Assembly: GCF_009914755.1 (NCBI RefSeq)
Contig: NC_060927.1
DNA: 64,000 nucleotides
From: the human T2T-CHM13v2.0 reference genome, Homo sapiens
Strand: one strand, 5' to 3'
Shown: positions 37,669-50,629 of the stretch, in pieces
How positions within the stretch are numbered: the stretch's first letter is position 1
Layout: each line of letters begins with the position of its first letter
Position numbers and translations under genes: made by a program
The notes under the pieces: model-generated
The model's database searches: none
What the model saw: only the letters and a program-made list of their open reading frames with translations
Told to the model about the DNA's origin: nothing

Positions 37669-39414
37669 CTTGAATGTTTCTTCTTGCTCTGAGAGATTCA
37701 TAAGCTCTTTTTGGATGTTTTTATATATTTGTATTTGCCTTATTCAGTATGTGCTTTTATTGCAAGTTTCTCAAATGTATTTTGAAAATAAGCAGACATT
37801 TTGAAGAGGGAGGATCATAAATAATGCAAAGAATATTGGATAGGGAAGGGTAGAATATCTACACTCTATTTCCTTGGAAAATGTGAACTTTAAGATCTCT
37901 TGATCTCTTTATGTCTTGATTTGTTAATCATTTTATAAGGCTAATTATGTCTCTCTCTACTTACTTTGTAGCATAATGGAGAAAACATGTGAAATTACAA
38001 TGCATTTTTTTTGGCACAATGGACTCTGATTATAAGCCATTTTCATTAAATGAATACACAAGTGTGACTTTGGTTCCAGAGAAAGCCTCCATTGTTCTAT
38101 AAATGGAACAAAAGCCTACTCTTGATTTATTGCAGTGGCTTTGCCTGCCGAGTGATTCAGGAGATTTGTAATAAGCAGGAGAAGGCTCAACTTCAGCTCA
38201 CTTGTGCTTTCAAACCTGTACAGAAGGATGACAGCTCTTCAGTTTCTGACAGTTGTGAAATGAGCCGGTGGTCTCAGGCTGATTTTAAGAATAAAGCTTG
38301 CCACAGTCCCAGCAAGATCCTGAGGGATTTAGTGTATCAAAGCCAAGATTGAAAAAAGTGTAAGGATAAAGGAGATTGGCTGGCCACAGAGGGGCAGCTT
38401 CCAGGTCAGTGAGTCATTGAAATGGTGTATACGACAACCCTTTGGTGAGAAGGTAGTGAGGGAACACCAAGGTGAGCATAATTAGTTCTCTGACCTATTC
38501 CTACTCTCCCTTTGACCCACAGTGTAACACTGTGCAAATGTCTCAACTATTTTGAGTCTTTTTTTAAATCATAAAAAGCAAGAAGAAAGTGACTTAAATG
38601 GGCAATTATTTAGAATCTGTAGGCCATCTGAGCTATAAGATTTGTAATCTACATGAGATCAGAGGACAGATTTGATTTAATCAAAGTTTTAAGATCTCCA
38701 TATTTTTAAGAAGCCTTTTGTCACACAAAATTACTTAAAGCTTAGTGTAAAGTTACACCTTGGAGCTCAAAGAGCACTGCACTAAGGGAAGTATCATTCT
38801 ATAGCTAGAAATTTGACCATTAATCAACTAGAATTCCCCCTTTGTAGAGTGTCTATCAAAACCTAACCTTGTAACTGAATCCCTTAAATTGCATATTAGA
38901 AGTGCTAATTGGCTCCTCCCTAACCGCCACCCCACCCCCACCCCCAGGCCCACTCCAGACATCCTGAATTAAAATTCTGAAGCTGGGGCCCTGCATGAAA
39001 TTTTACTTTTAAACAAGTTTTTCAGCTGATGCTAAAAGACAGTATCATGAGAGACACACTAAAGAGAGTTTACCTGAAGTCACGCTTCCCAAGCCTGAGT
39101 TCTTGCTTCCCCAGGTGCACCCAACCACAGAATAAACATGGAGCATCATCTCATTTTTTTTCTTCACTTTAAAAGTAATTTAGCTTGGCACAATTAAGAT
39201 TTTTTATTTTAAAGTACTGAAAAAAAGGTATAAGTAGGATGACATTTTTTCAGATAAAACAAGAACCCACAAAGAAATATCTTTGCTTATCTTTCCAGGT
39301 ATGCACCTTCATTTCTTTTGCACCCTCCACTGCCTTTAAAAGGATTTAGTTGAAAAGTCTGAAGGACACAAACAAGGATTCTGAAGGAGAAGATAATGTC
39401 AGTGTTATAACAAT

Positions 39415-39760
39415 TCTCCATTTATTTATTCTGCAAACATTTATGGAGCACCCAGTATATGGAAGGCACCTGGAAATTATAAGATAAGGTACTTGCCTGA
39501 AAGGAGCCTAGAAAGGATTTCTAATATTCAGTGAACAGTATACTGTGGGAGCCCATGGTAGACTAGACAAGAGACTGATTCTAGCTGTGGGGAGGGGGAT
39601 AGGGAAGTAGGGGATTTGGGTAGTGGTGCTGATGATTAGGGGAAGTTCAGCTGAAGGAATGGCCTTTATGCTGGGCTTTCAGAGATGGATAGATTTAGAG
39701 CAATAGTGATGGGAAGAATGTCTTGGACTGAAAAAACAGACATGTGCAAAGAAGAAATGG
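39415..39760 (-). mobile_element. L2 3' remnant
   Basis: atttatttattctgcaaacatttatggagcaccc...atgctgggctttcagagatggataga...acatgtgcaaag. Confidence 0.6.
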
Positions 39761-42700
39761 AAGGAAAACATTTATTAAGCACCTGCCCCCAAAGTTTCAG
39801 GCACTTCATTTATATATTAGTACTTCGTAGTGACTTTTTGGGATTTAAAACTCAGTTTAAGTGATGCCCCTCTCAAAATGCTCCCTCCTATCATTTTTGC
39901 CCTTCACTTTTGCCATATTATCTGCATTTTAAGTACTAAATTATAAGTAGGTTCATATTTATCTGTTATCTTAATCTAACTAGATGTGGTTATTTATCAT
40001 TTGAAGTACTCTATTCAGGAAAGCACATTCAAAGTGTGGGAGGTTAGCATTTAAAACTCTATTCAGAAATCCACTTTCCAGAGGCTGCTACTACCAGCTA
40101 TTTATCTCAGATGAATATCAGGGTTGGGGTTATAAATTTGCTTAATGGTCATATATGTCATCATTTTCAAGCAATTCTTTGCTCAAACAGACCTAGATTA
40201 ACTGAGTCCTATGATTAGAATGTTGTTGAGTGATTCTTTCACATAAAGATGCTTGTCAGAGAACCTGAAAGGGTGGAGCACTGAGACTTCATAGAGCTTA
40301 TGGAATATCTGGATGACCTATTTTTCTGTGCCAGCTTTCTAATAAATGTTCAAATGTTTAATAGAATAAGGTCTCAGGCTTGCTGTCTTTTAAACACATC
40401 ACTTGATAATAAGATTGTAGGCAAAAAAACCTATAGCCTTCACCTACTCTGACTACTGAAGGCTATAAAAACTTACCAAAAAGAACTTAATAATTGTGAA
40501 TAACTCGACAGATTTGGGTCAGTTTATAATAAAACCTTTCTTTGATTCAAATATGCTTTCTCTGTGCTCTCATATCTCCCTGTACAAACACTTCTAACAC
40601 TTCACTGTAATTGCAGGTTAACTCATCTGTCTCTTCTCCTTGGCAGTGAGTCTCCTGCTTTAGCAAAATGATCTAGTTGATTTCCTATGTGCACATATTT
40701 TAGGTGCTTTTTGATAAATAAAAGTGGATACCTAAACTTCTGAAATGGGTGAGATTTAGCTATACCAGCTTTCTCCATCTTAACCCACAAAATTGTAATG
40801 GGCAGATACTTATTAATTATACATCTATTGATAAATAAGCAGTCACAAAAACAGTTCATATAAACTGATCTAAAAACTGAATCAAATCCCATCTGTTTGT
40901 CTTTCAGGTGTTCTAACCTTCACTTTACATGGGAAAGATTCAATTGAGGGCACCCTGTTAATGAACAAAGGCCGAATGCTATTCTTTCTATTCTTTCAGC
41001 AGGCATTTAGCAGATGGAATCCTCCAATTTTACAAAACCATTTAGAGATTATCTCTTGGCATCATCCCTCCAGGAAAAGACCACACACTTCACTGTATTT
41101 CTAAGCCCTGTTCATGCAAGACTGGACAATAGCTCTAAATTCTTAGCCAATATTTAGAGTTCACCAACGCAAAACTGTTTCTAACATTCATCATGCCATC
41201 AAGATATTAGTTGCACAAGAAAAATCGAATTGCTGATATTCACCATGCTGATTTACAAACCTTTGGTGTTGGTTGAGATAAGAATAGCAGGTGTGCTTTG
41301 TAATAGTGCTTCTGGAGAACAGGCTACACTGCTAGCTAAGCAAACCAGGAGTAAGCATCTTTCAGTAGCATGTTATTTGCATCTGGGTTGTAGCTTATCC
41401 AACCAGCATTCAGAGAATATCACTCTTGCTATGCTAAAAATATTTTAAAGAAAGTTACACATACCTTGAACCTGGCTACAGAGACCTTGATTAATTGGAC
41501 TTTGTAGCCCCAGGACTTTGTACAGTGGCACCTAGTGAGGGCCCATTTCCTATTTGTTAAAGTAACTAATAAAAAACTGCATGAGTAAACAAATGAATCA
41601 CAGTGACACCTTTTAATTCTCAACCCTGTGTGATATATCACCAGTTTATAGATTAGAAAAATGACACCTAGAGAGACTAAGCAAATTTCTCAAGACCTGT
41701 TCACTTAGAGACAGAGAACTGGTGTTCTGACCTAAGTCAGACTGCTGCCAATTACAATCTAACCTGTTGGGAAGTTTATACATTTCCCCCAGCATAGGTT
41801 TATCTCCCATGTGCACAGAGGTATGGAAATTCCTGGTATATCTGAGAAACATAAATTTGATATGATACAATGGTAGACCATAACAATGATAAATAGAAGA
41901 TAATGTGAAGATAGATGGAATTTATCTGAGAGCCACAGGCTTTGTTTTATAGGTAGTTGGTGATGCATCAAGGACTTTTTTTTAGTAGAATAATGTCCTA
42001 ATTCCTGCTATGTTTTGATGGATCTAGGAACAGTTATTGAAATAATTATTGAAATAATTTGAAGCAAAAAGAGGTAGAATGGAGTCCCAACAGAAAGCCA
42101 ATGGCTAGGAGATTGCAAAAGGCATAAATTGGAGAAAAACAAACCTAAAAGAACAGAGTGCAGTGACTTGTAAAATGTGGGAAAATAGGGAGGGGGAGGA
42201 GAGAAAGATACTGCAAGTTGAATGTCTGAGTTACTGCAAAAATTAAAAATATAGATAGTGCCCCACAGGAGCAGCCTGCTGACTATCTTCCAGGGAAATG
42301 TTTCCCAAATTCCATGCCAAGATGACATTTTCTTTAATTTATGTCATTCTGCTCAGACAAAGACATGTATCCTGTGTTGAGTGATCAAGGACCCAATTTT
42401 CACAGCTCTGTGTTGAGCAGTCTCTGTTGTAGACTCTCAAAAGTTTAATTTTCAAAATGTTGCTAAAAATCTCACACAATTATACTAATAGTAAGCATAT
42501 GCTAAACTTTTATTTTAGCTCATTAATGAGAACCAGCAGGATGAGAAAACTAGTTCAAAGGTAGATAAGATGAAATGAATGTGAGCTCATATATTACTTC
42601 AAAAAAAAATAAATGTATGTCATTGAATCACAAAACACAAAATGATCAAGTAATATTTATAAGTTAAAGCAAAACCAATTAATGTTCCACAGTACAATAA

Positions 42701-42842
42701 AACATAGCCTCTGTGGTTATCTTCTTTAATAGACCAAAGTAATTTGAATTACTATCAGGAAAAAACTTTTTGCATACCTATGAGATAGAAATAATTTACA
42801 TCAATTTTCTTAAATTAATATATTACAGAATTGTAACTTTAC

Positions 42843-43290
42843 CATCATATATATATGTCTCATATATATATCATGTATGTGTCTCATATATATCATATAT
42901 GTGTCTCATATATATGATATATATGTGTCTCATATATAGATCATATATGTCTCATATATAGATCATATATGTGTCTCATATATAGATCATATGTGTCTCA
43001 TATATATCATATATGTGTCTCATATATGTCATATGTGTCTCATATATAGATCATATATGTGTCTCATATATATCATATATGTGTCTCATATATATCATAT
43101 ATGTGTCTCATATATATATCATATATGTCTCATATATATATCTTATATGTGTCTCATATATATCATATATGTGTCTCATATATATCATATATGTGTCTCA
43201 TATATATCATATATGTGTCTCATATATATATGTGTCTCATATATCATATATGTGTCTCATATATATATCATATATCATATATATATGTAT
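42843..43290. repeat. AT-rich minisatellite, ~22-bp unit gtgtctcatatatatcatatat, ~20 copies
   Basis: Direct inspection; unit length varies in 2-bp (AT) steps. Confidence 0.93.
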
Positions 43291-43995
43291 GTTCTAATTA
43301 ACAGTAATAGTAATCAACACTCCTCTGGAGAATCACATCATCCTTAGGCAATCTTGATGCAACAACATTACATCAAAGATCAAAATAAGCTTTCTGTTTT
43401 ACTTCCAATCTTTAGAAATTTTCTTCATGGGACATTCATTTTGCCTGCCTACCAGTCACAATTTTCTGGAAACTATGTCTTTCCCTTGACTCCATCCATG
43501 TGCCTTCTGGACAGATCACTTTGTCAGTGAAATGTAGTCCTACCTCTAGGGTGGTCCTTATCCCGGGGCTGAGAAAATGGCTCAGAAGAGGGCTAGAGGA
43601 TTGGGGTTTACTGTTTTTCAACTTCTCTCACTTCACTCAGAATTTGCCAGATGGAGTGAAATCATGTGAGGTGTGTCGTTTCCATTTTGTCAAATTATAA
43701 TTTGTGAAATTGGATTTTTGGGTAGTGATTGTAGTAAAAATAAATTACCTGAATAAATTGGATAGTCAAACTATTTTGCACTGTCAAATATGCACATAGG
43801 GACTGACAACTTTGTATCCAAAAAGGATTCTATATAATGCCATATCAGACAATACATTTTTATGTTAAAATTTTTGTCTTCACTTTTTATTAACGTATCT
43901 TTTACATGCCAAGGTGTAACCAACAATATTTCTTTTTGAAAGAGACTCTATGTTATTCCAAGATTATATCCTACCTTTTTATGTTAAAACGCTTG

Positions 43996-44002
43996 GTGTG
44001 TG

Positions 44003-44040
<38 letters not shown>

Positions 44041-44049
44041 CACATGTGC
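43996..44049. repeat. (TG)n microsatellite
   Basis: Direct inspection. Confidence 0.95.
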
Positions 44050-44959
44050 AATGGTGATCAAGATGATAGATGTTTTTGTTGGTTTTATTTCATTCTTCAT
44101 TCTTTCAAAATTCTTATTATTATTCTAATTACTTTTTGCTATCTTCTAACAGAAGCAAGGTTTTGTTTCATTCTTAATGTTCTTACCAAGACAAATAAAA
44201 GTGGGTAACCAAATGTCTGTTCCTTATTTTCTTATTTGTTTCTTTGCTTGGTTGCAGGTAGCTTTCTCAAGAAAGACAAGTCTGAAAATTATTCTAGAAA
44301 ATCTCAGAGAACCAAGACTTGTTAATGATTCCCATTGTTCATAGTTCATCTCCAAACCTTGCAGTTTTAGAAAGTTGAATTGTTTTTCATGTAGATTAGT
44401 TTATTAAGGGACCACTCACATTAACCAAGGTGAACATATAAAACCAAATTTAGGATGTACAACAAAAATCCTGATTGATTCAATTAAATTTTAATTTTAA
44501 CTGAGGAGGGGATAGTATAATTAAGTTCAATACTTCTTCCTGCTCCCCCCCCGCCCCACCCCAGCTGCGAAGTAACAATCAGAATGGCTGGTTAGCACGT
44601 AATCAGAACAGAAGGGACATTGGTTCTGAGATTTAAGGACTTGATTTGTTAATAGTTTAAGGCTTGCCACTGGGACTCAGAGTGCTGTGCCAGGGAATCT
44701 TCTCTCTTGGACAATGATTGGGTGGACATTGCAAACTTCTATATCTGTGTGCCCTTTATTGGCTATCAGGGTAAGGAAACCTCTTTTTCAATAACACATC
44801 TTTCTTTTCCCAGAGGTGTAATACTTTCCATCAGGGGTTGATTTCTAGAAGTCATGTATCCTGCTAAATGAAAGGGGCTTGATTACTAATGAAGAAGTAA
44901 GGAATGGATATTGGAAGAAAACCAGTGCTATTTGACACACTTAGTCAATTATAATTGTA

Positions 44960-45090
44960 TTATTTATATTTAGAGACAGAGTCTCACTCTGTGGCTCAGG
45001 CTTCAGAGCAGTGGCATGAGTGATGATAGCTCACTGCAGCATGAACTCCTGGGCTCAAGCAATCATTCTGTCTCAGCCTCACAAGTAGCT
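44960..45090 (-). mobile_element. AluJ right-arm fragment
   Basis: agagacagagtctcactctg...gatagctcactgcagc...ctcctgggctcaagcaatc. Confidence 0.85.
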
Positions 45091-45119
45091 TTGCCCACCT
45101 ATAACTGTTACAGTTCCAC

Positions 45120-45340
45120 AGTTAATAGTATTGAATGCCTTTACTTATCAGGGATTCCACCAAATCTTCCATGTATTTTTTTCACAGTTATTCCTTCAGA
45201 AAATATGTGAGTTAGGTATTATCATTATTGTGTTTTTGATAGATGAGAAAATTAGAGGCCCAAATGAATAAAATTAATTATACTATATTGCACAGTTATG
45301 AGACGGAGCTAGGATTTGAACTCAGATTGAGCTGCTTCAT
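45120..45340 (-). mobile_element. MIR
   Basis: taggtattatcattattg...agatgagaaaattagaggc...gagctaggatttgaactcag. Confidence 0.75.
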
Positions 45341-45988
45341 TATGTTCATGAAGTTAATCACTTCTATATGATTCCGTTACAGCATTTTGTAAGGGATGAT
45401 TTTTAGTAAGCTTTTTCCTGCCCATGGACCAAAATCCTAAACAAAATAATCACATGAGGTCAACCATAGGGTTGCTATAGATTTCTGGAACAGTTAAATC
45501 TCATGTGACTCTAATGGCTCCTCAGCAAATATGTGCATCTCTATATCAAATCTACATACACACAACAAATTATTCTTTTTTTCCTGATAAAAGGAAGTAT
45601 AGAGCACAATTTTCAAATAATAACTATACAATGTTGTCCATTCTACATGTTTAATTTATTCTTATAGGATGCTTTATTTGATATTTTGCCAAACTCTTAT
45701 ATTAACAGCCAACCTACATTTGTAACTGACAAACAGTTATAGTTCTGACCTGAATGCTGGTTGATATCTTCATTTATGTTAACCAATGGGACGGGAGTGA
45801 AGCAACAAGGATGATAGGAACTTCAGTTATTTATCAATAATGTGAGAGACTTTTTGTTGAATTACATAACAGTTTTCAAACACTGGAAGAATATTTACTC
45901 AGTCTTTGTGTTATGAACAATCTAACAGCTACAAACATGACATACTTTTAAGTTTAGTCTGTATTATTAACATTTTCTTGTGTCTGAA

Positions 45989-46212
45989 CAGAGGTTCAAA
46001 ACTATGATCCTTTGGCCAAATCTGTCCTTCTTCCCATTTTTGTAAATAAAGTTTTATTGGAATAAAATCATGCCAATTCAGTTATATCAATGCCTGCTTT
46101 TGAATTACAGTGTCAGTATTAAGTAGTTATGACTGAGGACATAAGGTCAATAAAGCTGAAAATATAGTTATTGACTACACTGCTGTGTACAGAAAAAGTT
46201 CATCAAGCTCTG
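45989..46212. mobile_element. MER58A
   Basis: tggccaaatctg...tttttgtaaataaagttttattggaa...acagaaaaagtt. Confidence 0.78.
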
Positions 46213-47980
46213 GCCTAAAAAGACAGACAGAGAGGAATAAATAAATGAAAGACTGGTCCATATTTGTAGTTATAGAAAACAAGACTTTCACAAAGATAAG
46301 TAATTGTTTAGAGAGAGAATATCTTAGAACACTTTAGAGTAACTGTGTAAGTAAAACACCTTGGGTTGGTCTATGCATGGATCCTGAAATTTCGGGCAAT
46401 GTAAAAGACCATCTAGCCTGGCAGAAGATATTCATTGTACTCCCCCTTGCTGCTGATTAAAAAGAAATTATTAATGGAAAGAGACATTGAAGAGGAACCA
46501 AGCCAGCCCTGGATAGGTATAAATGGTCTATGTGCCTATAATTTCATTATATCAGCTTTTGAGTTTTATAGCATTCAGATAACTGGGCAACTGCTAGAAA
46601 CAGCAGCATGAAACAATTGTCAGATAAATTCCCATCTAAAAAGTCACCTTCTCTCTTCTGCAGCACAAAGACCTTAGGTTTCAAGGATAGCTTCAAGACT
46701 ATTTCGATGTTCCCAGTTCTTTTTAGGTGTTTATAGTGTTCAGAAAAGAAGTAGATAAATAAAAGAAGATTGTAAGGGTAAATGAGGGCACGTGTGAGCT
46801 GTAGAAATAATAGATGTCTTAAAAGATAAATGATATTATAAGCAAAAGTTGACAATATACTCAAAATGCAAGTTGTTAGTTACTTATTTCTTCTCTGGGT
46901 ATACAGTAAAATTACTCCTGGAATCAGGAACAGAACATTCTTCATGGTATATTTAATACTTATCAAAAATTCACAAATACGTGGAATATTTAATATTAGC
47001 ATAGCAGTGTTTCTACTGCTAAAGAACCAGTAAGAGGTGGTACACTAAAGTGAAAAGGTCCTACCAAATCTTCTCTTAGAGTGATCATTGTACACTTTGC
47101 TACAAGGCAGGTTCTTCTGAGGTCAGCATCATCTACGGCTATATGTCTTACGATATCTCAGCTCTCTGGTTTTCTCTTTTGGAAATGATGCCAAAATTTA
47201 GTTTGTTTTGATGCCAGAGTATCATGTGGTCCTGGCATAGGCCTGAATTAATAAACACAAATGGGAAAACTGACACTGATATTTTGTGAAAAAGTTTCAT
47301 TATAAGAAGTCATATACATAATCTGGAAAATGTTTGTGAATTTTTGATAATTATTCAATAAAAACATAAAGTTAGAAAGTTCTTATGGAGAACTCTCCAA
47401 GCTCTAAAATTAGAGTTCTCTATAATCCTTATGTCTAAGAATTCTGAGGAATCTCTTTGAAAAGATGGACAATTTTTTTTCAAATGTATTTGACTTTAAC
47501 ACAGTATATTTGTAAAGAATGCAGTGGAAAGAAAATTTGGGAAATATAGGATCAATAGAAGAGACAAATTCTGTAATAGATCAGCCAATGGGAGAAAACA
47601 ACCTAGGTTTGTTTTCTCAAGGTACTGGGGAAAAATATCAAGTTGAACCATCACCTTCACACAGCTCAAAACATTTTTAAGTTTAAGAAATAAGAAATAG
47701 ATCACTGCACTTTCAGAGTCTTGAGGGGACCAAAAGCTAAAGTGCCAACTATTGTAAAAGGAGCTCTTCTAGTGTTTTCTGACGTGATTGGAAATTGACA
47801 GTTGAGAATGTTCTCAGGAGAGGGCCTCTTCTTAAGAAACCTTGAGACCAATTTTTCAGTCTTGGTAAGTGTGGATAAAGTCAAGTCTTTTTCAGACTCT
47901 TTAGGGGCTTTATCATGATTATATCTTTACACTTACAGAGCATCTTTTCTCAAAAGGCCATCTGGCATTCTGTCAACTAT

Positions 47981-48019
47981 GGGAGGGTGGTGACGGGGGG
48001 TGGTGGGGTGGGGCGGGCT

Positions 48020-48070
<51 letters not shown>
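47981..48070 (+). repeat. G-run cluster (G-quadruplex potential) followed by (GA)n
   Basis: gggagggtggtgacggggggtggtggggtggggcgggctgggggg then ~(GA)22. Confidence 0.8.
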
Positions 48071-48074
<4 letters not shown>

Positions 48075-48079
48075 ATGAA

Positions 48080-48463
48080 TGCATTAGCTTGCCCAGGCTA
48101 CCATACCAAAGTTCCATAGACTAGGTAGCTTAACCAAGAGGAATTTAGTTTCTCACAGTTCTGGAGTCTGGAAGTCCAAGAAAAAGATGTCAGCAGGTTT
48201 GATTTCTCCTGAGGCCTCTCTCCTTGGTTTGCAGAGGGTCATCTTCTCTCTGTGTCCTCACATGGACTTTCTTTTGTTAGCGTGCACTCCTGGTGTCTTT
48301 TTCTCTTCTTATAAGGACATCAGTCTTATTGGGTTAGGCCTCTTTTTTTATGACCTCATTTACCTTAATTACTTCTTTAAAAGCCTTATTTTAAGAGACA
48401 TTGGAGATTAGTGCTCCAGTATGTGAATTTTGGAGGACGGGAGGCACAACTCAGTCTATAGTA
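48080..48463 (-). mobile_element. MLT1A/MLT1B-like solo LTR
   Basis: tctcacagttctggagtctggaagtccaag...ctcctgaggcctctctccttgg...tcttataaggacatcagtc...cacaactcagtctatagta. Confidence 0.8.
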
Positions 48464-49599
48464 ATTCATAATCATTATAGAGCATTTTAACAGAATATCA
48501 AAGTATTTAAAAGAGAGTAAATTTAAAATATTATCTTTCTACCAGTTAGAATAACTTTAGCTTGAGTTGAATGTCATTACATCTCTCCATTTGGATGAGT
48601 CAGTAGCTTGATAGAGAACAAGATGAATAGTTTTCAGTCTATAAAAAATTGAACCATAGTATATAATTTACTTTTTAATTAAATAGTTTGACATTTTACT
48701 GATGTGATATTTTACCTTAGTTTAGTTGTTTTTAAAACCAGTGCACAAAAGCATTATTTTTCTAAAGATTAAAAACCATCCAGTAGATGTTTTTAAAACA
48801 GTAGAGTACACTTGTTTTCATGTATAAATGCTGTTCACTAATTGTTGTGGACACTAGGAACTCTCTTAGCTAGACCAAGGGGGAAAAAAAAAAAAAAACT
48901 TGTGTATGTCAAGTCATTTAAACCATTCAATAAGTATAAAAGAAAGTGATCCTAGTTGCTTATAAGATCTGTTTTAAAATATTCTTTTATAGGACGGTTT
49001 AGTGTTTTGATTATTGAACAAAATAAGACATATGACAGCACCTAGCATAGACGCTTAATAGCTGTTTATAGTATGTGTTCAACAAATATTTGTTGAGTTA
49101 GAATGTAAATCTTACTTGATCAGAGATACAGGTATTCTGCTGCTTGAAAAATCATAGAAAAGAATGGCAAATTTGGCATTTTGTTTTGAAGTCCTGTTGA
49201 ATAACTGTCACTCTCCTACCTGTAGGCATTGATCTAATGGAGGTGAATTTTACAAGGATAAGTTCTATGGCAATCTATAAGTTAAATGATGTAATTCTAT
49301 TGTACTTAATGTAGCAGAAAAAAACTTAAATTGTAATAAAATGCATTTAAAACCTAGGATCAATTTTTTTTATCCCCAATACATATTACTTCCTAAAAGA
49401 TTTCTTAAACTTTATAGAAAAAGGTTATTAAAATAACTAAGATCTTGGAATTATCTTTATATTTTAATATTGTGAGTTTTTAGATTACTTGCTATAGAGA
49501 CAATAAAATTAGACTTTATCATTCCTTCTGGTTCCTCTTCTTGGCAGTTAATTTTTGTTATGCATATGGATGCACATGTGTATGTGTGTGTAAAAGTTA

Positions 49600-50560
49600 C
49601 ATTTGTACTCCATCCTGTAATCATAATTCCCACTGTTGGTTCATTTTAACATAAATTTAATGGTCACCAACGATCTTTTTATTTTCATCTCTTGCATTTC
49701 TAAGTTTATTTAAAAAATCTCTTAGTTGTCAGGAAAGTTGTACTGCAACTTGCTCTGTTGCAGCACAGAAAGAGTTTAATAACCAAGTACCTTTATGCCA
49801 TAAAGAATCCATGAGTATATATAGCTATAGCTCTCACTTGTTTAAAAATGTCTATGATTTTTATGCTGGAATGACAACTGGATTGGGCATAGTATTCGTG
49901 GATCACAATTTTTTCTTTCAGAATTTTATAGACTTTGCTCTTGAATTCTAGCCTTAAATGCCAGTGAGGAAAAGCTTAAAGACAGACTAGCATCTCCCAC
50001 TTTTGCTGTCTGAATGCTTGAAAAAAATTTTTTTTCAGTATATTTTAAAATCTTAGCTAGGATATGTCTGAGTGTCAATCACTCTGGATCTATTTTTTCT
50101 TCTAAAATAAACTGAGGTTTTTCCCAACTTGTAGATCAAGTTCTCACTCTTCCAGGCATTTCTTTGAATGCCTGTTTCATTTATAATATTTCTTATATTA
50201 GCAGAACACTCAGGAACAGAATTTTCCAGATGTTGAATTAGTTTCTCCATTTTGCACAATATTTCCATTCCAGATTGTCTTCATCATTCTGTCATTTTCC
50301 TTTCTTATTATCTCAAGACATTTCTTATGTTATTAATTTTATTGCCAACCATGTTTATTGTGTTTCCTGTTAGGTTTAATAATTTATTCTGTCTATGATG
50401 GAATCATTTTTCTTCTCAATTTACTGGCTCTATTTTCCAATCTCCACTTCTGTTTTATTTCATTGTTTTGTCATCTAGATTTTTATTGAATTCATGTTCT
50501 TATTCTTCTAAAGCATAAGACATTAATGAAAAATATACTTCTGTTGTTTGGATTTATTTT
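49600..50560 (-). mobile_element. very old L1M/HAL1-like remnant
   Basis: ctggattgggcatagtattcgtggatcacaatttttttctttcagaattt...gaaaagctta; T-rich strand asymmetry. Confidence 0.5.
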
Positions 50561-50629
50561 TAGAATAGTTTCTCCATCCATTGATTCCTTCTCGGTTGGT
50601 TAACACATCCACATACCAGCAGAGTGGTG

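Noticed and set aside
42770-43347. Repetitive Tyr/Ile/Cys/His-rich ORFs up to 118 aa
   Set aside because: Arise from the stop-free 22-bp minisatellite in all frames; no coding signal
42260-43640. Possible old DNA-transposon remnant flanking the minisatellite
   Set aside because: Looks repeat-like but I could not assign a family or find paired termini with confidence
46547-46864. 105-aa minus-strand ORF / possible exon
   Set aside because: Low-complexity hydrophobic composition typical of AT-rich non-coding DNA; weak splice signals
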